Source: an uncultured Poribacteria bacterium (lineage in GTDB: Bacteria > Poribacteria > WGA-4E > WGA-3G). From it: a stretch of DNA of 64,000 nt. The DNA lies in contig OX638351.1 in the NCBI GenBank assembly GCA_951813565.1, positions 1,504,001 to 1,568,000 on the forward strand. Reading direction: 5' to 3'. The notes beneath the pieces are model-generated. The model was given only the letters and a program-made list of their open reading frames with translations, had not been told where the DNA came from and searched no databases. Shown piece after piece: positions 29,255 to 39,291 of the stretch. Position 1 is the stretch's first letter, and every line of letters begins with the position of its first letter. A program made the position numbers and the translations under genes.

Positions 29255-30064
29255 TTACGATAACCTAACAACATCCTTCTTAACAATCTCTTTCGTGTCG
29301 TAATGCCCTGCTTGGGAGATGAGTTCCAACGTCTCTGGCGATAACCTTCCTCTCACTTCCTCAGAAACACGACTCTCACCGCGATGTTGCGGTCTGTAGC
29401 GTAAGGTCAGGACACAACGATATCGATCCTTCGGCTTCCAAGGCAGCGCACCGTGCGTCAAGAGTTCAGAGATAATCACTATATCCCCTGCCTTCGGCGT
29501 GATATTAACTACCCCTTCTGGAATATCATCGGCATCTTCAATCTTTCCATTGTTATAGAGGTGTTCGGGACGATCAAAAACGGTTTTATGTGTGCCGGGA
29601 ACAACCAGTAACCCGCCATCTCCCGAATACACATCGTACAGGTAGGGAAAGACAACAAAATCATCGCAAAAGATTCGGCCGTTTCGGACCTCATAACGAT
29701 TGCAGTGCCATCCAAAATCTTCTCGTGCGCAATGCAAGCGGAGTCCTTCCTCTGACTCCGACATACCCGCCCGATCCGCAATCATTGTTCCGCGAAACAG
29801 TTGTGGTTTGTTATTCGTCAACTCCTTGATGATAGACCAAGTTGATCGATGAAGTGTGAGGGCTTCTAAGGGTTTAGCAAAGGCAAATCCGTTTGGAAGG
29901 TTTTTGGCACTGGAGTCAAATCCGGGTGGGAGTTCTTCGGTGGGCGTATTGATATATTCATTTGCTGCTGCTTGTGCCGCTTTCAACTCTTCGGCACTCA
30001 GAACATTCTTCAGGTGGAGGTATCCTGTCACATCAAAAAGATAACGTTGTTCAGGGGTCATCAT
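29255..30064 (-). CDS. phytanoyl-CoA dioxygenase (PhyH) family protein
   Basis: QRYLFDVTGYL, GGLLVVPGTHK, AGDIV...LTHGA..W. Confidence 0.85.
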   Translation of the reverse strand: MMTPEQRYLFDVTGYLHLKNVLSAEELKAAQAAANEYINTPTEELPPGFDSSAKNLPNGFAFAKPLEALTLHRSTWSIIKELTNNKPQLFRGTMIADRAGMSESEEGLRLHCAREDFGWHCNRYEVRNGRIFCDDFVVFPYLYDVYSGDGGLLVVPGTHKTVFDRPEHLYNNGKIEDADDIPEGVVNITPKAGDIVIISELLTHGALPWKPKDRYRCVLTLRYRPQHRGESRVSEEVRGRLSPETLELISQAGHYDTKEIVKKDVVRLS

Positions 30065-30070
30065 AAAATC

Positions 30071-31078
30071 TTACTCCTTTTTTACACATCGAAACCCAAC
30101 ACTGGTAACAGCAAAAGAGGGAATATCTCTTGATCGAAATGAAACCCGTAAATATTCAGCAGGATAATACCATGTGCCTCCACGAAACACGCGAGAATTT
30201 TTTATTGTCGTAAAATTGGAGAGAACCGTTTCAATACTATCACCAGCAATCGGATTGTGTCGTTCGGAGTGCTTATAATAATCTGCATCATACGCATCAA
30301 GACACCATTCACGGATATTACCTACCATATCACACAAACCATATCCGTTAGGAGGATAACTCCCAACCGGTGTCATGCGAATTGTAGCGATTTGTCCATC
30401 CCAACGTCTGCCGTAATTTGCCTTGTGTTTATCAATTGAATCTCCCCAAGGATAGGTTTTGTCTACTAATCCACCACGTGCCGCTTTTTCCCATTCGGCT
30501 TCTGTGGGCAGACGTTTTCCTGCCCATTCAGCATACGCCATCGCAGCGTACCAACTTACCGACACCACAGGGTGATTACCTTTCCCATTCGGGAAACTCT
30601 CCTCATTCCAAAGTTTCAAGTAGTTCCCATCATGATATTCTCTTGGAATACTGTGTTTGCGCCACTGCGGGTTGTCATCAACAAATACTTTATACTGTGC
30701 ATTCGGGACAGCATACCTATCCATATAAAAATCGTCAAGATAGACAGAATGTATAGGACTCTCGTCTGCCTCTCCTGTGCTGCTGCCCATCAGAAATCCC
30801 CCAGCAGGAATCAACACCATTTCGGCACCATCTTGACCAAAAACTACATCGTAACTCGGTTTAGGTTGGTAATTTCGGTTGTAACGTTCTCGTTGCGCGT
30901 TGTCACACAATACCTCGTAGGCTTCCGTTACCGCTCGAAATGTGGCTGCTGCCGCCTTATCATCCGGATTTTTATCAGGATGATATTTTAGTGCAAGTTG
31001 ACGGTAAGCCTTCTTAATCTCATCCGTAGAAGCATCGCGGGACACATTCAAAATTGTGTAATAATCGCGTTTTGGCAT
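30071..31078 (-). CDS. DnaJ-domain / FGE-sulfatase (SUMF1-like) fusion protein
   Basis: DYYTIL..HPDKN J-domain; [40 protein letters not shown]. Confidence 0.9.
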   Translation of the reverse strand: MPKRDYYTILNVSRDASTDEIKKAYRQLALKYHPDKNPDDKAAAATFRAVTEAYEVLCDNAQRERYNRNYQPKPSYDVVFGQDGAEMVLIPAGGFLMGSSTGEADESPIHSVYLDDFYMDRYAVPNAQYKVFVDDNPQWRKHSIPREYHDGNYLKLWNEESFPNGKGNHPVVSVSWYAAMAYAEWAGKRLPTEAEWEKAARGGLVDKTYPWGDSIDKHKANYGRRWDGQIATIRMTPVGSYPPNGYGLCDMVGNIREWCLDAYDADYYKHSERHNPIAGDSIETVLSNFTTIKNSRVFRGGTWYYPAEYLRVSFRSRDIPSFAVTSVGFRCVKKE

Positions 31079-31109
31079 TACCTGCTTACCTAAAGATTTG
31101 ATATTCCAC

Positions 31110-31465
31110 TTAGTGAATGCCTAATGCTGATTTTAGGCAACATTACCTGTTGCATCATGGAATCAGATACCCTACCGATAACGCGTAGGATCAACTTTTG
31201 ATCTTGAGTAATTAGATTTTCGCAGTACAATGGAATTAAAGTGAAGTTCTGTCTGCTGTCCTTCAACTGTTGAAACATCAATAAAATGCTGAGTAGAAGC
31301 ACCAATCCTACGTTGAGAACTACTGGTGATGACAGCAAGAATTGTATCATCAATTCGTTGATTCCACATGTCCGATTGCACAACCAGTGCCGGAAGGATT
31401 TTTCCACCTGTTTGGTCGCTATATGGAAAATCTACAAGGACAATATCACCGCGTTGAACTTTCAT
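31110..31465 (-). pseudogene. PemK/MazF family toxin, disrupted by two frameshifts
   Basis: MKVQRGDIVLVDFPYSD..GKILPALVVQ in one frame; CENLITQDQKLILRVIGRVSDSMMQQV in a second; CLKSALGIH* after another shift. Confidence 0.8.
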
Positions 31466-31724
31466 TTTCTCTCCGCGGGTCCAATTCATTGTAAACATCC
31501 ATCTCTGGATCATCCCAACCGGCGCGAAGTCCGGCTTGCACAAGCAACGAACGTCGTTCTTCAGGTGTTAGCGGACCATCATCATATAGCTTCTCTTGTA
31601 TTTGATCGAATGTCTCTGCGGGTAACACAACATACTCAGCATTTGTTTCTGGATCCACAAGGCGCACAAGGTTGCCTTTGGAATCCTTAACTGCCTGTCG
31701 GAGTTCTTCAGAAATTGTAATCAT
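31446..31724 (-). CDS. putative antitoxin upstream of the MazF-like gene
   Basis: 92 aa, acidic C-terminus GWDDPEMDVYNELDP; overlaps the toxin start. Confidence 0.7.
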   Translation of the reverse strand: MITISEELRQAVKDSKGNLVRLVDPETNAEYVVLPAETFDQIQEKLYDDGPLTPEERRSLLVQAGLRAGWDDPEMDVYNELDPRRENESSTR

Positions 31725-31728
31725 AATT

Positions 31729-32490
31729 TTACCTTTCCAACCCTAAAATTGCGGGAATTTCGGTCAAGGAAGCTACTTCGTAGTCAGGTTGGGTTTTTGT
31801 GTTATTCGGCACACCATCTCGGTTGAGCCAGACCGCCTTTGCACCAACATTTTGCGCTCCCGCAACATCGTTTTCAAGCGAGTCGCCTACATGGAGGAGC
31901 TGCGCGAGTTCACACCCTGCTTGCTGGGCAGTTATCTCAAAGATTCTTGGATCCGGCTTCTCAACCTGCACATCTTGGGAAAAAATAACAAAGGCGAAGC
32001 GATCTTCAAGTCCGCAGCGTTCCGGATAGGTATTTCCATTCGAGAGTAACCCCAACTTGAAATGCGGCGCCAAAACATCAAAAGTCGGTATCACATCAGG
32101 ATATAGTTCTATATCTTCAAAACGGTGCTTCAGATATATTGCATTCAGGTGTGCAGCGAGGTCTTTATCTGGGTGTCCGACATGTTCAAGTGTTCGTTCA
32201 AACGCTCCCTGTCTGATTTTTTCAAGATTCCATATTTTGCCTTTTACCTCTTCAGCAAATTGATTCCGAATTGCAATCATCTCGTCAACTGTAAGTTCTA
32301 AAGCACGCGGGATTGGAACTTGTCTTTGCAGCGCCGTCAATGTATGCTTGAGCGAATGACGCATCACCTTCAAAAAATTCCACAAGGTCATGTCACCATC
32401 AAAAGAAACAACCGAAATTTGCAAGAACGTCTCCTCTAAAACTAAGATGCTGGAACACCAATGGAAGCATGAATTTGCGCAAACTTCCAC
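31729..32490 (-). CDS. HAD-superfamily hydrolase (true start probably ~32424)
   Basis: SFDGDMTL, LSNGN, KPDPRIF, HVGDSLENDVAGA. Confidence 0.88.
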   Translation of the reverse strand: MEVCANSCFHWCSSILVLEETFLQISVVSFDGDMTLWNFLKVMRHSLKHTLTALQRQVPIPRALELTVDEMIAIRNQFAEEVKGKIWNLEKIRQGAFERTLEHVGHPDKDLAAHLNAIYLKHRFEDIELYPDVIPTFDVLAPHFKLGLLSNGNTYPERCGLEDRFAFVIFSQDVQVEKPDPRIFEITAQQAGCELAQLLHVGDSLENDVAGAQNVGAKAVWLNRDGVPNNTKTQPDYEVASLTEIPAILGLER

Positions 32491-32828
32491 GACTCATCAA
32501 TTTTCTCTAAAACACCCGTCATCCGCATCACAAATTCTTCTGCAGCGCCTTGCCACTTGAGTTTCCACACTTGGCATGTGTAAAACCAAGTAACATTACC
32601 GCGTTCTTGTACATCAAGATTGATGAATGTGATGCTGAAATCCTCAGTACTTGCGACATGGTTGCGGTAATATGCCGCAATTCCTTCCTCACCTTCAACG
32701 ATTTCGTCAGCATCCGTTCCTATTTTCACATAATGTGCAGCAGGAAGCATCATCGCAATAAGGGTTTCAGCATCTCTTGCCACAAGCGCGTCAAAATATG
32801 CTTTTACCGCATCATGCGCATTCGGCAT
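32442..32828 (-). CDS. SnoaL/NTF2-like protein
   Basis: IGTDADE...RMTGVLEK...WKFAQIHAS; start taken at MPNAHD. Confidence 0.8.
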   Translation of the reverse strand: MPNAHDAVKAYFDALVARDAETLIAMMLPAAHYVKIGTDADEIVEGEEGIAAYYRNHVASTEDFSITFINLDVQERGNVTWFYTCQVWKLKWQGAAEEFVMRMTGVLEKIDESWKFAQIHASIGVPAS

Positions 32829-33405
32829 CGTGAATTCCTGTGAGCGCATCCCACAAAGCACTACTCATCTGTTCACATGCTTGCACGACAGCTTTCTGAG
32901 AAGCCAGTGACAATTCTCCTATCCGTTTAAGCAGTTTTTCCGCTTCATGCTCATTGTGTGAATGCGTTTCAAAATACGGTTCCACCTTTTCGGGAAGTTG
33001 ATAGAATTCCTTCAAACCAGCCAGCTTTGACTTCGCTGTTTCTGGTTGCTGTACCTCAAAAGCATAAAGTGCACCTAATGCCGTTTCGCTTTGAGAAAAA
33101 AGTTTTTCTGCTGTTTCTAACAAGGTTTTTACCTGTGGAATCTGTGCTTCAGAAACCTCAGTGTTGAGACCATTCGCGAAATCCGCCCACATATCAATGT
33201 GTTCTGTTTCTTCTTCTACCGTTTCAGGATCATTCAACGTCTCCCAACCCTTCGGTAACGTTGAGATAAAGGCGCCATATTCACGGGCATAACATTTCAA
33301 AGCCTCAACAGGCAATTCACCTGCACTCCACGCTTGATAGAACGGATGATCGAGTAAATTATACTCGGAAATTTTACTATCTAATGCTTGTTTGAAATCC
33401 ATCAA
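32812..33405 (-). CDS. CADD/PqqC-like heme-oxygenase-fold diiron redox protein
   Basis: LLDHPFYQAWSAGEL, EETEH..MW..F, ALYAFE.QQP, SK..GL..FY, YFETH...EH. Confidence 0.8.
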   Translation of the reverse strand: MMDFKQALDSKISEYNLLDHPFYQAWSAGELPVEALKCYAREYGAFISTLPKGWETLNDPETVEEETEHIDMWADFANGLNTEVSEAQIPQVKTLLETAEKLFSQSETALGALYAFEVQQPETAKSKLAGLKEFYQLPEKVEPYFETHSHNEHEAEKLLKRIGELSLASQKAVVQACEQMSSALWDALTGIHDAECA

Positions 33406-33541
33406 TTAACACTCCATTTCTTTTATTTTAAACTTTGGCTGTTTGTAAAACTCACGATATCGACTTACAAGTTTCCTCTTGAAAATCTGTTTTGTTAGTA
33501 TAGCACATCAATGTGTTGATGTCAAGATACAGACTTTGCCG

Positions 33542-33754
33542 GGGTGTGTAAATATTTGGTTACATAGGCTTAATTTGCAATGATTACGCGGCGTTTTCCA
33601 CTGTAGGGCGGGGTCCCTGTGCCCCGCCACTGCACAGGACGTGCAATGCAACGGGCAGGCACCAAATCAACGGTCCGAATGCCTTTTGGCATTCCCCGGA
33701 GACCCGCCCCTACAATAGGAGTTGTGCGGATTTCTACAAAAACTTTACACACCC
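33542..33754. mobile_element. MITE with GGGTGTGTAAA TIR and 9-bp target duplication (ACTTTGCCG/ACTTTACCG)
   Basis: actttgccg|gggtgtgtaaa ... tttacacaccc|actttaccg; same TIR family as 23631-23863. Confidence 0.8.
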
Positions 33755-33895
33755 ACTTTACCGCTTTACCGTTAAATTTGTAGATTGACTGCAGAGAAGT
33801 CCAGAAACCATATAACCTGTTTTTCGTTTCAATTAAAATAGAATGCTGCTACAATCTGTCATACATCCTAAAATAGTATAAGGCAAAGGAATCCC

Positions 33896-34639
33896 ATGAC
33901 TGAAGAACAGAAATTTATTTTTGACCTTAAAGGATATTTATTAATTCCAGAAATGCTAACGACCTCAGAAGTAGATGATATTAAGTCCCAAATTGAAACC
34001 ATCCGCACCAACGCTGAAGCGCTACCGCCACATGAACGGCAATTCCCAGGTGGCGCGTCCTCGTTGTTGATTGACCATCCTGTGATAATTGGTATTCTCA
34101 AGGACATTTTGGGTGAAATACGAATGGAGTCAAGCTGGTTTACCTACCGCGCTATGGGAAGCGGTGGACCGCCGCCACACGGTGGTGTCCGAAATGTTAA
34201 TCCCAACTTTAGTTATCAGTGCACAAATGGAAAGATATACTCAGCCTTAACACGAGTTGTCTTTGAACTCAACGAAGTCAAGGCGGGTGAAGGTGGAACC
34301 CTCTTCCTACCCGGAAGCCACAAAGCCAACTTCCAAATTCCAGAGACACATCGTAGCACCGATTCTCCACTTTTTGAGACGTATAGTTGTCCTCCCGGTT
34401 CCGCGATTATTTTCACAGAAAACCTCTGTCATTCTGGGGACACATGGAAAAACCCTGATCGCCCTCGAATTGCTGTCTTTAATTGCTATAATTTTGTTGG
34501 GTGTCAATTCCACAAACCGTCAGTGCCAAAACACATAATTGACGGACTACCTCCTGAGAAGCAGGCATACTTCCGAAACGTTTGGGTTTGGCGCCAAGGC
34601 GGACCTGACAACGGGAAAAATCTCCGCTACGATGGTTGA
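33896..34639 (+). CDS. phytanoyl-CoA dioxygenase (PhyH) family protein
   Basis: QKFIFDLKGYL, PHGG, GGTLFLPGSHK, ENLCHSG..W. Confidence 0.85.
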   Translation: MTEEQKFIFDLKGYLLIPEMLTTSEVDDIKSQIETIRTNAEALPPHERQFPGGASSLLIDHPVIIGILKDILGEIRMESSWFTYRAMGSGGPPPHGGVRNVNPNFSYQCTNGKIYSALTRVVFELNEVKAGEGGTLFLPGSHKANFQIPETHRSTDSPLFETYSCPPGSAIIFTENLCHSGDTWKNPDRPRIAVFNCYNFVGCQFHKPSVPKHIIDGLPPEKQAYFRNVWVWRQGGPDNGKNLRYDG

Positions 34640-34660
34640 TGAGGTGGGAAATAGAGACGC

Positions 34661-34990
34661 ATGGCGAAGAAAATTGAGACATCTTCAACACTGATCATCA
34701 GAACCGCCCAAACTGATGCTCGGAAAAATGTCTCAAAGTGGCGTTGCGGAATTTTAGGAATATGTCTGAGTCTTCTACCTTTTTTTAAGATTTTTGTACT
34801 CGGTATAGCAGCTGCTTTTGTTTATCTCTTAATACCGAAGATTGACTTATCCTTACCAGAGCGAGTGCAGATATATTCCAAACATCCTGCACTTTATACT
34901 GAGCAATATCGAAAAACATCTAAAATGCTGCGATTTATGTATATCCTTTGTGGTTGGATCACTGGCATATTCATTTTAAATCCGATTTAG
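34661..34990 (+). CDS. hypothetical membrane protein
   Basis: 109 aa with hydrophobic segments, co-oriented in the operon. Confidence 0.55.
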   Translation: MAKKIETSSTLIIRTAQTDARKNVSKWRCGILGICLSLLPFFKIFVLGIAAAFVYLLIPKIDLSLPERVQIYSKHPALYTEQYRKTSKMLRFMYILCGWITGIFILNPI

Positions 34991-35011
34991 GGAAGGAGCA
35001 CATTGGACAGA

Positions 35012-35338
35012 ATGTCAGAAAAAGAGACACCTTATCAGAGTATTAAAGGTCAGCTTATTTTGCGTGACCATCTTGCCGCTGACCGAACTATTCTTGCCAA
35101 TGAAAGAACTTTCCTCGCCTATATCCGCACGGCTTTAACATTATTCGTTGCCGGGTTATCTTTCGTCCATTTTAAAATCGTAAGTTCACCTTTGGCTGAC
35201 GGTGCAATTGGCGGACTATTTATGTTCATCGGGACCATCACTTTTTTTCTGGGGCTTTATAGATATAATAAAATGAAAACTCTCATTCGCGAAATCAAAC
35301 AGAAAGAATTAGCAGAAGGGATCAATCATGAAAATTAG
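35012..35338 (+). CDS. DUF202 (YidH-like) membrane protein
   Basis: RDHLAADRTILANERTFLAYIRTAL. Confidence 0.88.
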   Translation: MSEKETPYQSIKGQLILRDHLAADRTILANERTFLAYIRTALTLFVAGLSFVHFKIVSSPLADGAIGGLFMFIGTITFFLGLYRYNKMKTLIREIKQKELAEGINHEN

Positions 35339-36350
35339 AGAGGTTGTTGTAACTGGGCAAAACCAAGTCGAACTACAAACCGCTGAAATGGACGATTCAA
35401 AACTCGCACCTAATGAGGTGTTGATAGATACCGAATACACATTTATTAGCAGCGGCACCGAATTGGCGAACTATACTGGAAAAGAACCGAAAGTATTTCA
35501 GAAAGGCGCGTGGTGTGCTTATCCTTGGCGTTCCGGCTATGCGAATGTTGGGATTGTGCGCGATATCGGTGAAAGTGTTACCCGTGCGGCGCCAGGGGAT
35601 CGTGTTTTTACTTATGGACGACACGCTTCAACAATTCGGTATTCACAAGACAGGCTTATTGTGCCAGTTAGAGAAACAATAGACCCTGGTGTTGTCGCTG
35701 CATCCCGGATGGCAGGTGTTGCGATGACTGTCATCATTGTCACAGAGATCGGCACTAATCCACGCGTCATTGTCTTTGGGTTAGGACTTGTCGGCAATCT
35801 TGCATCACAGATGTTTCAAATTCACGGGTGTCGCGTAATCGGTGTGGACCCTGTCCAAGCAAGGCGTAAATTAGCAGAACGGTGTGGAATCACACAGACC
35901 ATCGGTGGAAATGCGGACGAAGTACAAGCACAAATTCAAGAGATCACTAACGGAGAACTTGGCAATATCACCGTTGATGCGGTTGGACATAGCAGTGTTG
36001 TGATGCAAGCGCTCCGCGCAACCGCCAGTTATGGTCAACTTGTCATCCTCGGTTCACCGCGTGTTTCTGTTACAGGTGATTTAACAGAACTTCTCTCCGA
36101 TACACATCTCCGATGGATAACTATCCGCGGCGCTTTGGAATGGTGCGTCCCGATGTATCCTGATACTGGCAGCCGCACCTCACAATATAGCAAGCAACAG
36201 ACTATTTTCGACTGGATGGCACGCGGGCAGTTGCACGTTGAACCGTTAATCTCTCACCGTCTCAAACCTGAACAAATTAAGCAAGCTTACGATGGACTCC
36301 TTAATGAACCCGATATTTATACAGGAGTTGTCTTGGATTGGAATGCTTAA
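35328..36350 (+). CDS. zinc-binding/MDR-family dehydrogenase
   Basis: ISSGTE, YPWRSGYANVG, FGLGLVG, VDAVG. Confidence 0.88.
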   Translation: MKIREVVVTGQNQVELQTAEMDDSKLAPNEVLIDTEYTFISSGTELANYTGKEPKVFQKGAWCAYPWRSGYANVGIVRDIGESVTRAAPGDRVFTYGRHASTIRYSQDRLIVPVRETIDPGVVAASRMAGVAMTVIIVTEIGTNPRVIVFGLGLVGNLASQMFQIHGCRVIGVDPVQARRKLAERCGITQTIGGNADEVQAQIQEITNGELGNITVDAVGHSSVVMQALRATASYGQLVILGSPRVSVTGDLTELLSDTHLRWITIRGALEWCVPMYPDTGSRTSQYSKQQTIFDWMARGQLHVEPLISHRLKPEQIKQAYDGLLNEPDIYTGVVLDWNA

Positions 36351-36424
36351 GGAATGAAAGAGACTGTCGAGGTTCCGCCAAAGCTTGCAGTAAAATTGAT
36401 TACATTCCGCACGCAAACTACGAC

Positions 36425-37504
36425 TTACTGCTTCAGTTTTCCCCAAAGGGTAGTCAGGCGGTTCTTAGGTTCAACTGTATATGCCACTTCGCTCGTTACC
36501 CAATCAAACATTGGCACGCCATTTTCAAAGATATCCAATATTCGTATCTGTTCCCCACCGTTATAGGGTAAAGCGTAATGATGATATGATGTATTCTGGT
36601 CAAGAATCCATCCGCCATAAGTTGTGTAGACGATATATTTCCCATCAGGTGACCATTTCATGTCTTTGAATTCTATGTGATTATTGAAGTTTACTATCGT
36701 ATTCAAGTGTCGTAAACTCGGAACATCGTAAATGTCAAGATCATACCAGAATCCCAAAAGACCCGCTCTCCAATATACAACAGCAAGTTTTGTCCCGTCC
36801 GGTGAGAATGTGGGCATACTTCCGCCTATACTGGCACGTAAAACTTGCCCGGTTGCCAACTTGATGATATAAATACCGTCGGGAGTATCATAAGCGAGAT
36901 ACTTACTGTCAGGCGATAGTGTGACATGCTGGGCTACCACACCTTTTATCAGTGAAACAGGAGGCGAAAGTACTCCTCTTGGAGGAAGGATACCTTCTAA
37001 CTGGGGCGGTATAGGTGGTGGAGGTGGCACAGTAGGGTCTTCTATATCTCTTTTGCGAATCAGATAGATTCCACTCGTTCTCCGTCCAAATCTGTCATGT
37101 TTATTTTTCTGCTCCGTAATTGCAGGTAGAAAGTTTGTGTAGATAAGATCTGGGTTTTGTGATAGATAGACATCAAGGATCTTATGAAATCGCTGATGTG
37201 TCATCATACGTTCAGGTTGCTTGATATTATCTGTATCAATCAGGTAAATATCAACTGGTTTCGTCGGGTCACCGTATTCGGTAATCGTGGCGATGTAGTT
37301 CCCATTTTTTTGTACAGAAAAATCACGAATAGGGTGTGTCTGTTGATAAAGCAGGCGCGCGTTGTCTGTGTCCGTTAGGTCGGTAATCCATAATTCGTTG
37401 GGATTGTCTGGATGTCTAAAAACAACTTCGCCGGTAATCTCAGCGTCCGTTGCAAGTGGAAGAAGGATTAAACATAGACAGAAATATTCGAGTAAATTTT
37501 TCAT
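36425..37504 (-). CDS. secreted TolB/PD40-like beta-propeller protein with conserved C-terminal motif
   Basis: Signal peptide; PTFSPDG, WSPDG repeats; ends VEPKNRLTTLWGKLKQ. Confidence 0.8.
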   Translation of the reverse strand: MKNLLEYFCLCLILLPLATDAEITGEVVFRHPDNPNELWITDLTDTDNARLLYQQTHPIRDFSVQKNGNYIATITEYGDPTKPVDIYLIDTDNIKQPERMMTHQRFHKILDVYLSQNPDLIYTNFLPAITEQKNKHDRFGRRTSGIYLIRKRDIEDPTVPPPPPIPPQLEGILPPRGVLSPPVSLIKGVVAQHVTLSPDSKYLAYDTPDGIYIIKLATGQVLRASIGGSMPTFSPDGTKLAVVYWRAGLLGFWYDLDIYDVPSLRHLNTIVNFNNHIEFKDMKWSPDGKYIVYTTYGGWILDQNTSYHHYALPYNGGEQIRILDIFENGVPMFDWVTSEVAYTVEPKNRLTTLWGKLKQ

Positions 37505-37525
37505 AATAACTCCTTTTGTCTGAAC

Positions 37526-37815
37526 GAATCAACGCCAAATGCGCCTACGGCATTTGTCCAAATCATGCAGAATACCAAACGCGTATTCTGCATGATTTGG
37601 ACATGGTAGCAGGCACGCTCCGCGTGCCGTCCGCCTCCGTTCTTTTGATGTACGGCACACGGAGTGTGTCTACTACCTTGCATTTGGCGTTGATTTGCCC
37701 CTACGATGGCGTTGGGATTCTCTGAAAGAATATCGCTCTTAAAAAAGCGCTTCCACAAGAAAACTTATCGCTAAATTGACACTTATGGGTTTGGAGTTTG
37801 CATTACCCAACCTAC
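37526..37815. repeat. composite cluster of palindromic repeats
   Basis: gaatcaacgccaaatgc...gcatttggcgttgattt bracket a tccaaatcatgcagaata/tattctgcatgatttgga hairpin and a GTAG/CTAC REP doublet; ends acccaacctac. Confidence 0.7.
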
Positions 37816-37818
37816 GAC

Positions 37819-38790
37819 TTACTGCTTGATTTTACCCCATAGCGTGGTCAGATGGTTCTTGGGTTCAACGGGGTATGCTGGGTTTATCCAATCGAACATT
37901 GACACACTTCTTGCATACGTATCCAAAATTCTTTCATGAGGTCCACCGTTAACGGGAATTGCAATGTTGTAGAATACAAGCCTTTGTTCTAAAAGGGGTC
38001 TGATCCTCGTTGTGTAAATCAGATACTCTCCATCCGGTGACCATCTGAGAGGAGGAGAAGTGCCAGATTGCACGATCAAATCTTTTATGGTCCTCAAGGG
38101 TTGCAGGGTATCAAGTGAGATAATATCTATTTGAAAATTACCTGTTGCAATATTGTTATAAGAAAAGGCGAGCTTTTTACCATCCAGTGAAAAAGCTGGA
38201 TATCTGCCTTCTCTGCTGATACGAGTTTCATTTTTGGTGTCAACATCAAGGATAAAAACACCTTTAGGAGAACCGTGAACTATCTGTTTGCCGTTGGGTG
38301 CCCAGTCAACACTTGGGGAACTACCTATCTCCTTTAACAATATGAACTTTGGATTCTGTTTGCCTACTTCGCCCCTTCTAATGAGATAGATGCCCCGTTT
38401 TTGAATATTCCCTGCACTTGGACGGGCTGTGAGGACAACATGTCCGCCGTGTGAAATATCGATATTAGTTATATCATCAATTATATCTTGTATCAGGATT
38501 GCCTGACCCCGCAATGTATCAATAAGGTAGGTATCTTCTTTGAATGGGTGATTTTCATTTCCTGAAAGGATAGCGATGTAGCGGCTATTTTTTTGAACGG
38601 ATAGATCTCTAATAACGTTGGTATGTTTAAATAGTAATCGTGCATTACGTGTATCTCTAATATCAGAAATCCATATCTCGTCGTAATTATACGGGTGTCT
38701 ATAGACAACTGTACCAGCAAGTTCTGCATATATTGTCACTGGCAGTAGAACCAGCAGCAATAGGTAGAAACTTATGTGTAACACTTTCAT
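37819..38790 (-). CDS. secreted TolB/PD40-like beta-propeller protein, paralog of 36425-37504
   Basis: Same N-terminal pattern (G.VV.RHP....E.WI.D..DT.NARLL); ends VEPKNHLTTLWGKIKQ. Confidence 0.8.
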   Translation of the reverse strand: MKVLHISFYLLLLVLLPVTIYAELAGTVVYRHPYNYDEIWISDIRDTRNARLLFKHTNVIRDLSVQKNSRYIAILSGNENHPFKEDTYLIDTLRGQAILIQDIIDDITNIDISHGGHVVLTARPSAGNIQKRGIYLIRRGEVGKQNPKFILLKEIGSSPSVDWAPNGKQIVHGSPKGVFILDVDTKNETRISREGRYPAFSLDGKKLAFSYNNIATGNFQIDIISLDTLQPLRTIKDLIVQSGTSPPLRWSPDGEYLIYTTRIRPLLEQRLVFYNIAIPVNGGPHERILDTYARSVSMFDWINPAYPVEPKNHLTTLWGKIKQ

Positions 38791-38981
38791 GATTTATCCC
38801 TCTTTTGCGTTTGACATGTCCACGGAGATGGGAAATTCTTGGGAAGAAACGGTTGAAATCGGTGTAAAACGTGCAATAGGTCGTTTTGTCTGCTATTTTC
38901 GGTAATTATAGCAATTAGAAAAGAAAAATCAACCGAAAATTAATGAAAATGGATGTATACATGCTTTAACAACACACTTTT

Positions 38982-39164
38982 TTGTCTGAGCCAGGATTTT
39001 CAGGATTAGAGGATTACCAAAATGATGCGTTTTCACTGATAAAGGTTGTTCTTCAGAACAATACAAAATGGTATCAAAGAGAAAACACGCTTGTCTGCAT
39101 CAAAAACATATATCCTCAAAAAATCCTGAAAATCTGTAAATCCTACGAATCCTGGTTCAGACAA
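38982..39164. repeat. inverted-repeat element ttgtctga.ccagga ... tcctggttcagacaa with internal ggatt/aatcc repeats
   Basis: 15-bp near-perfect terminal inverted repeats; a half-site attcagacaa also occurs near 26900. Confidence 0.6.
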
Positions 39165-39291
39165 TTCACGATTAAAGCAACATAAACTGTCTCATTACCA
39201 GAGTAATTAGATCCATTTTTTTAAGTTGACATTCATAGGTAAAGCAAACACCAAACCCAACCTACGAATTATTATCGTTATTGTCCTACGG

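Noticed and set aside
38795..38885. Possible remnant of a lipoprotein paralog (…QEFPISVDM vs …GEFPMEMEV)
   Set aside because: The similarity is too short to support.
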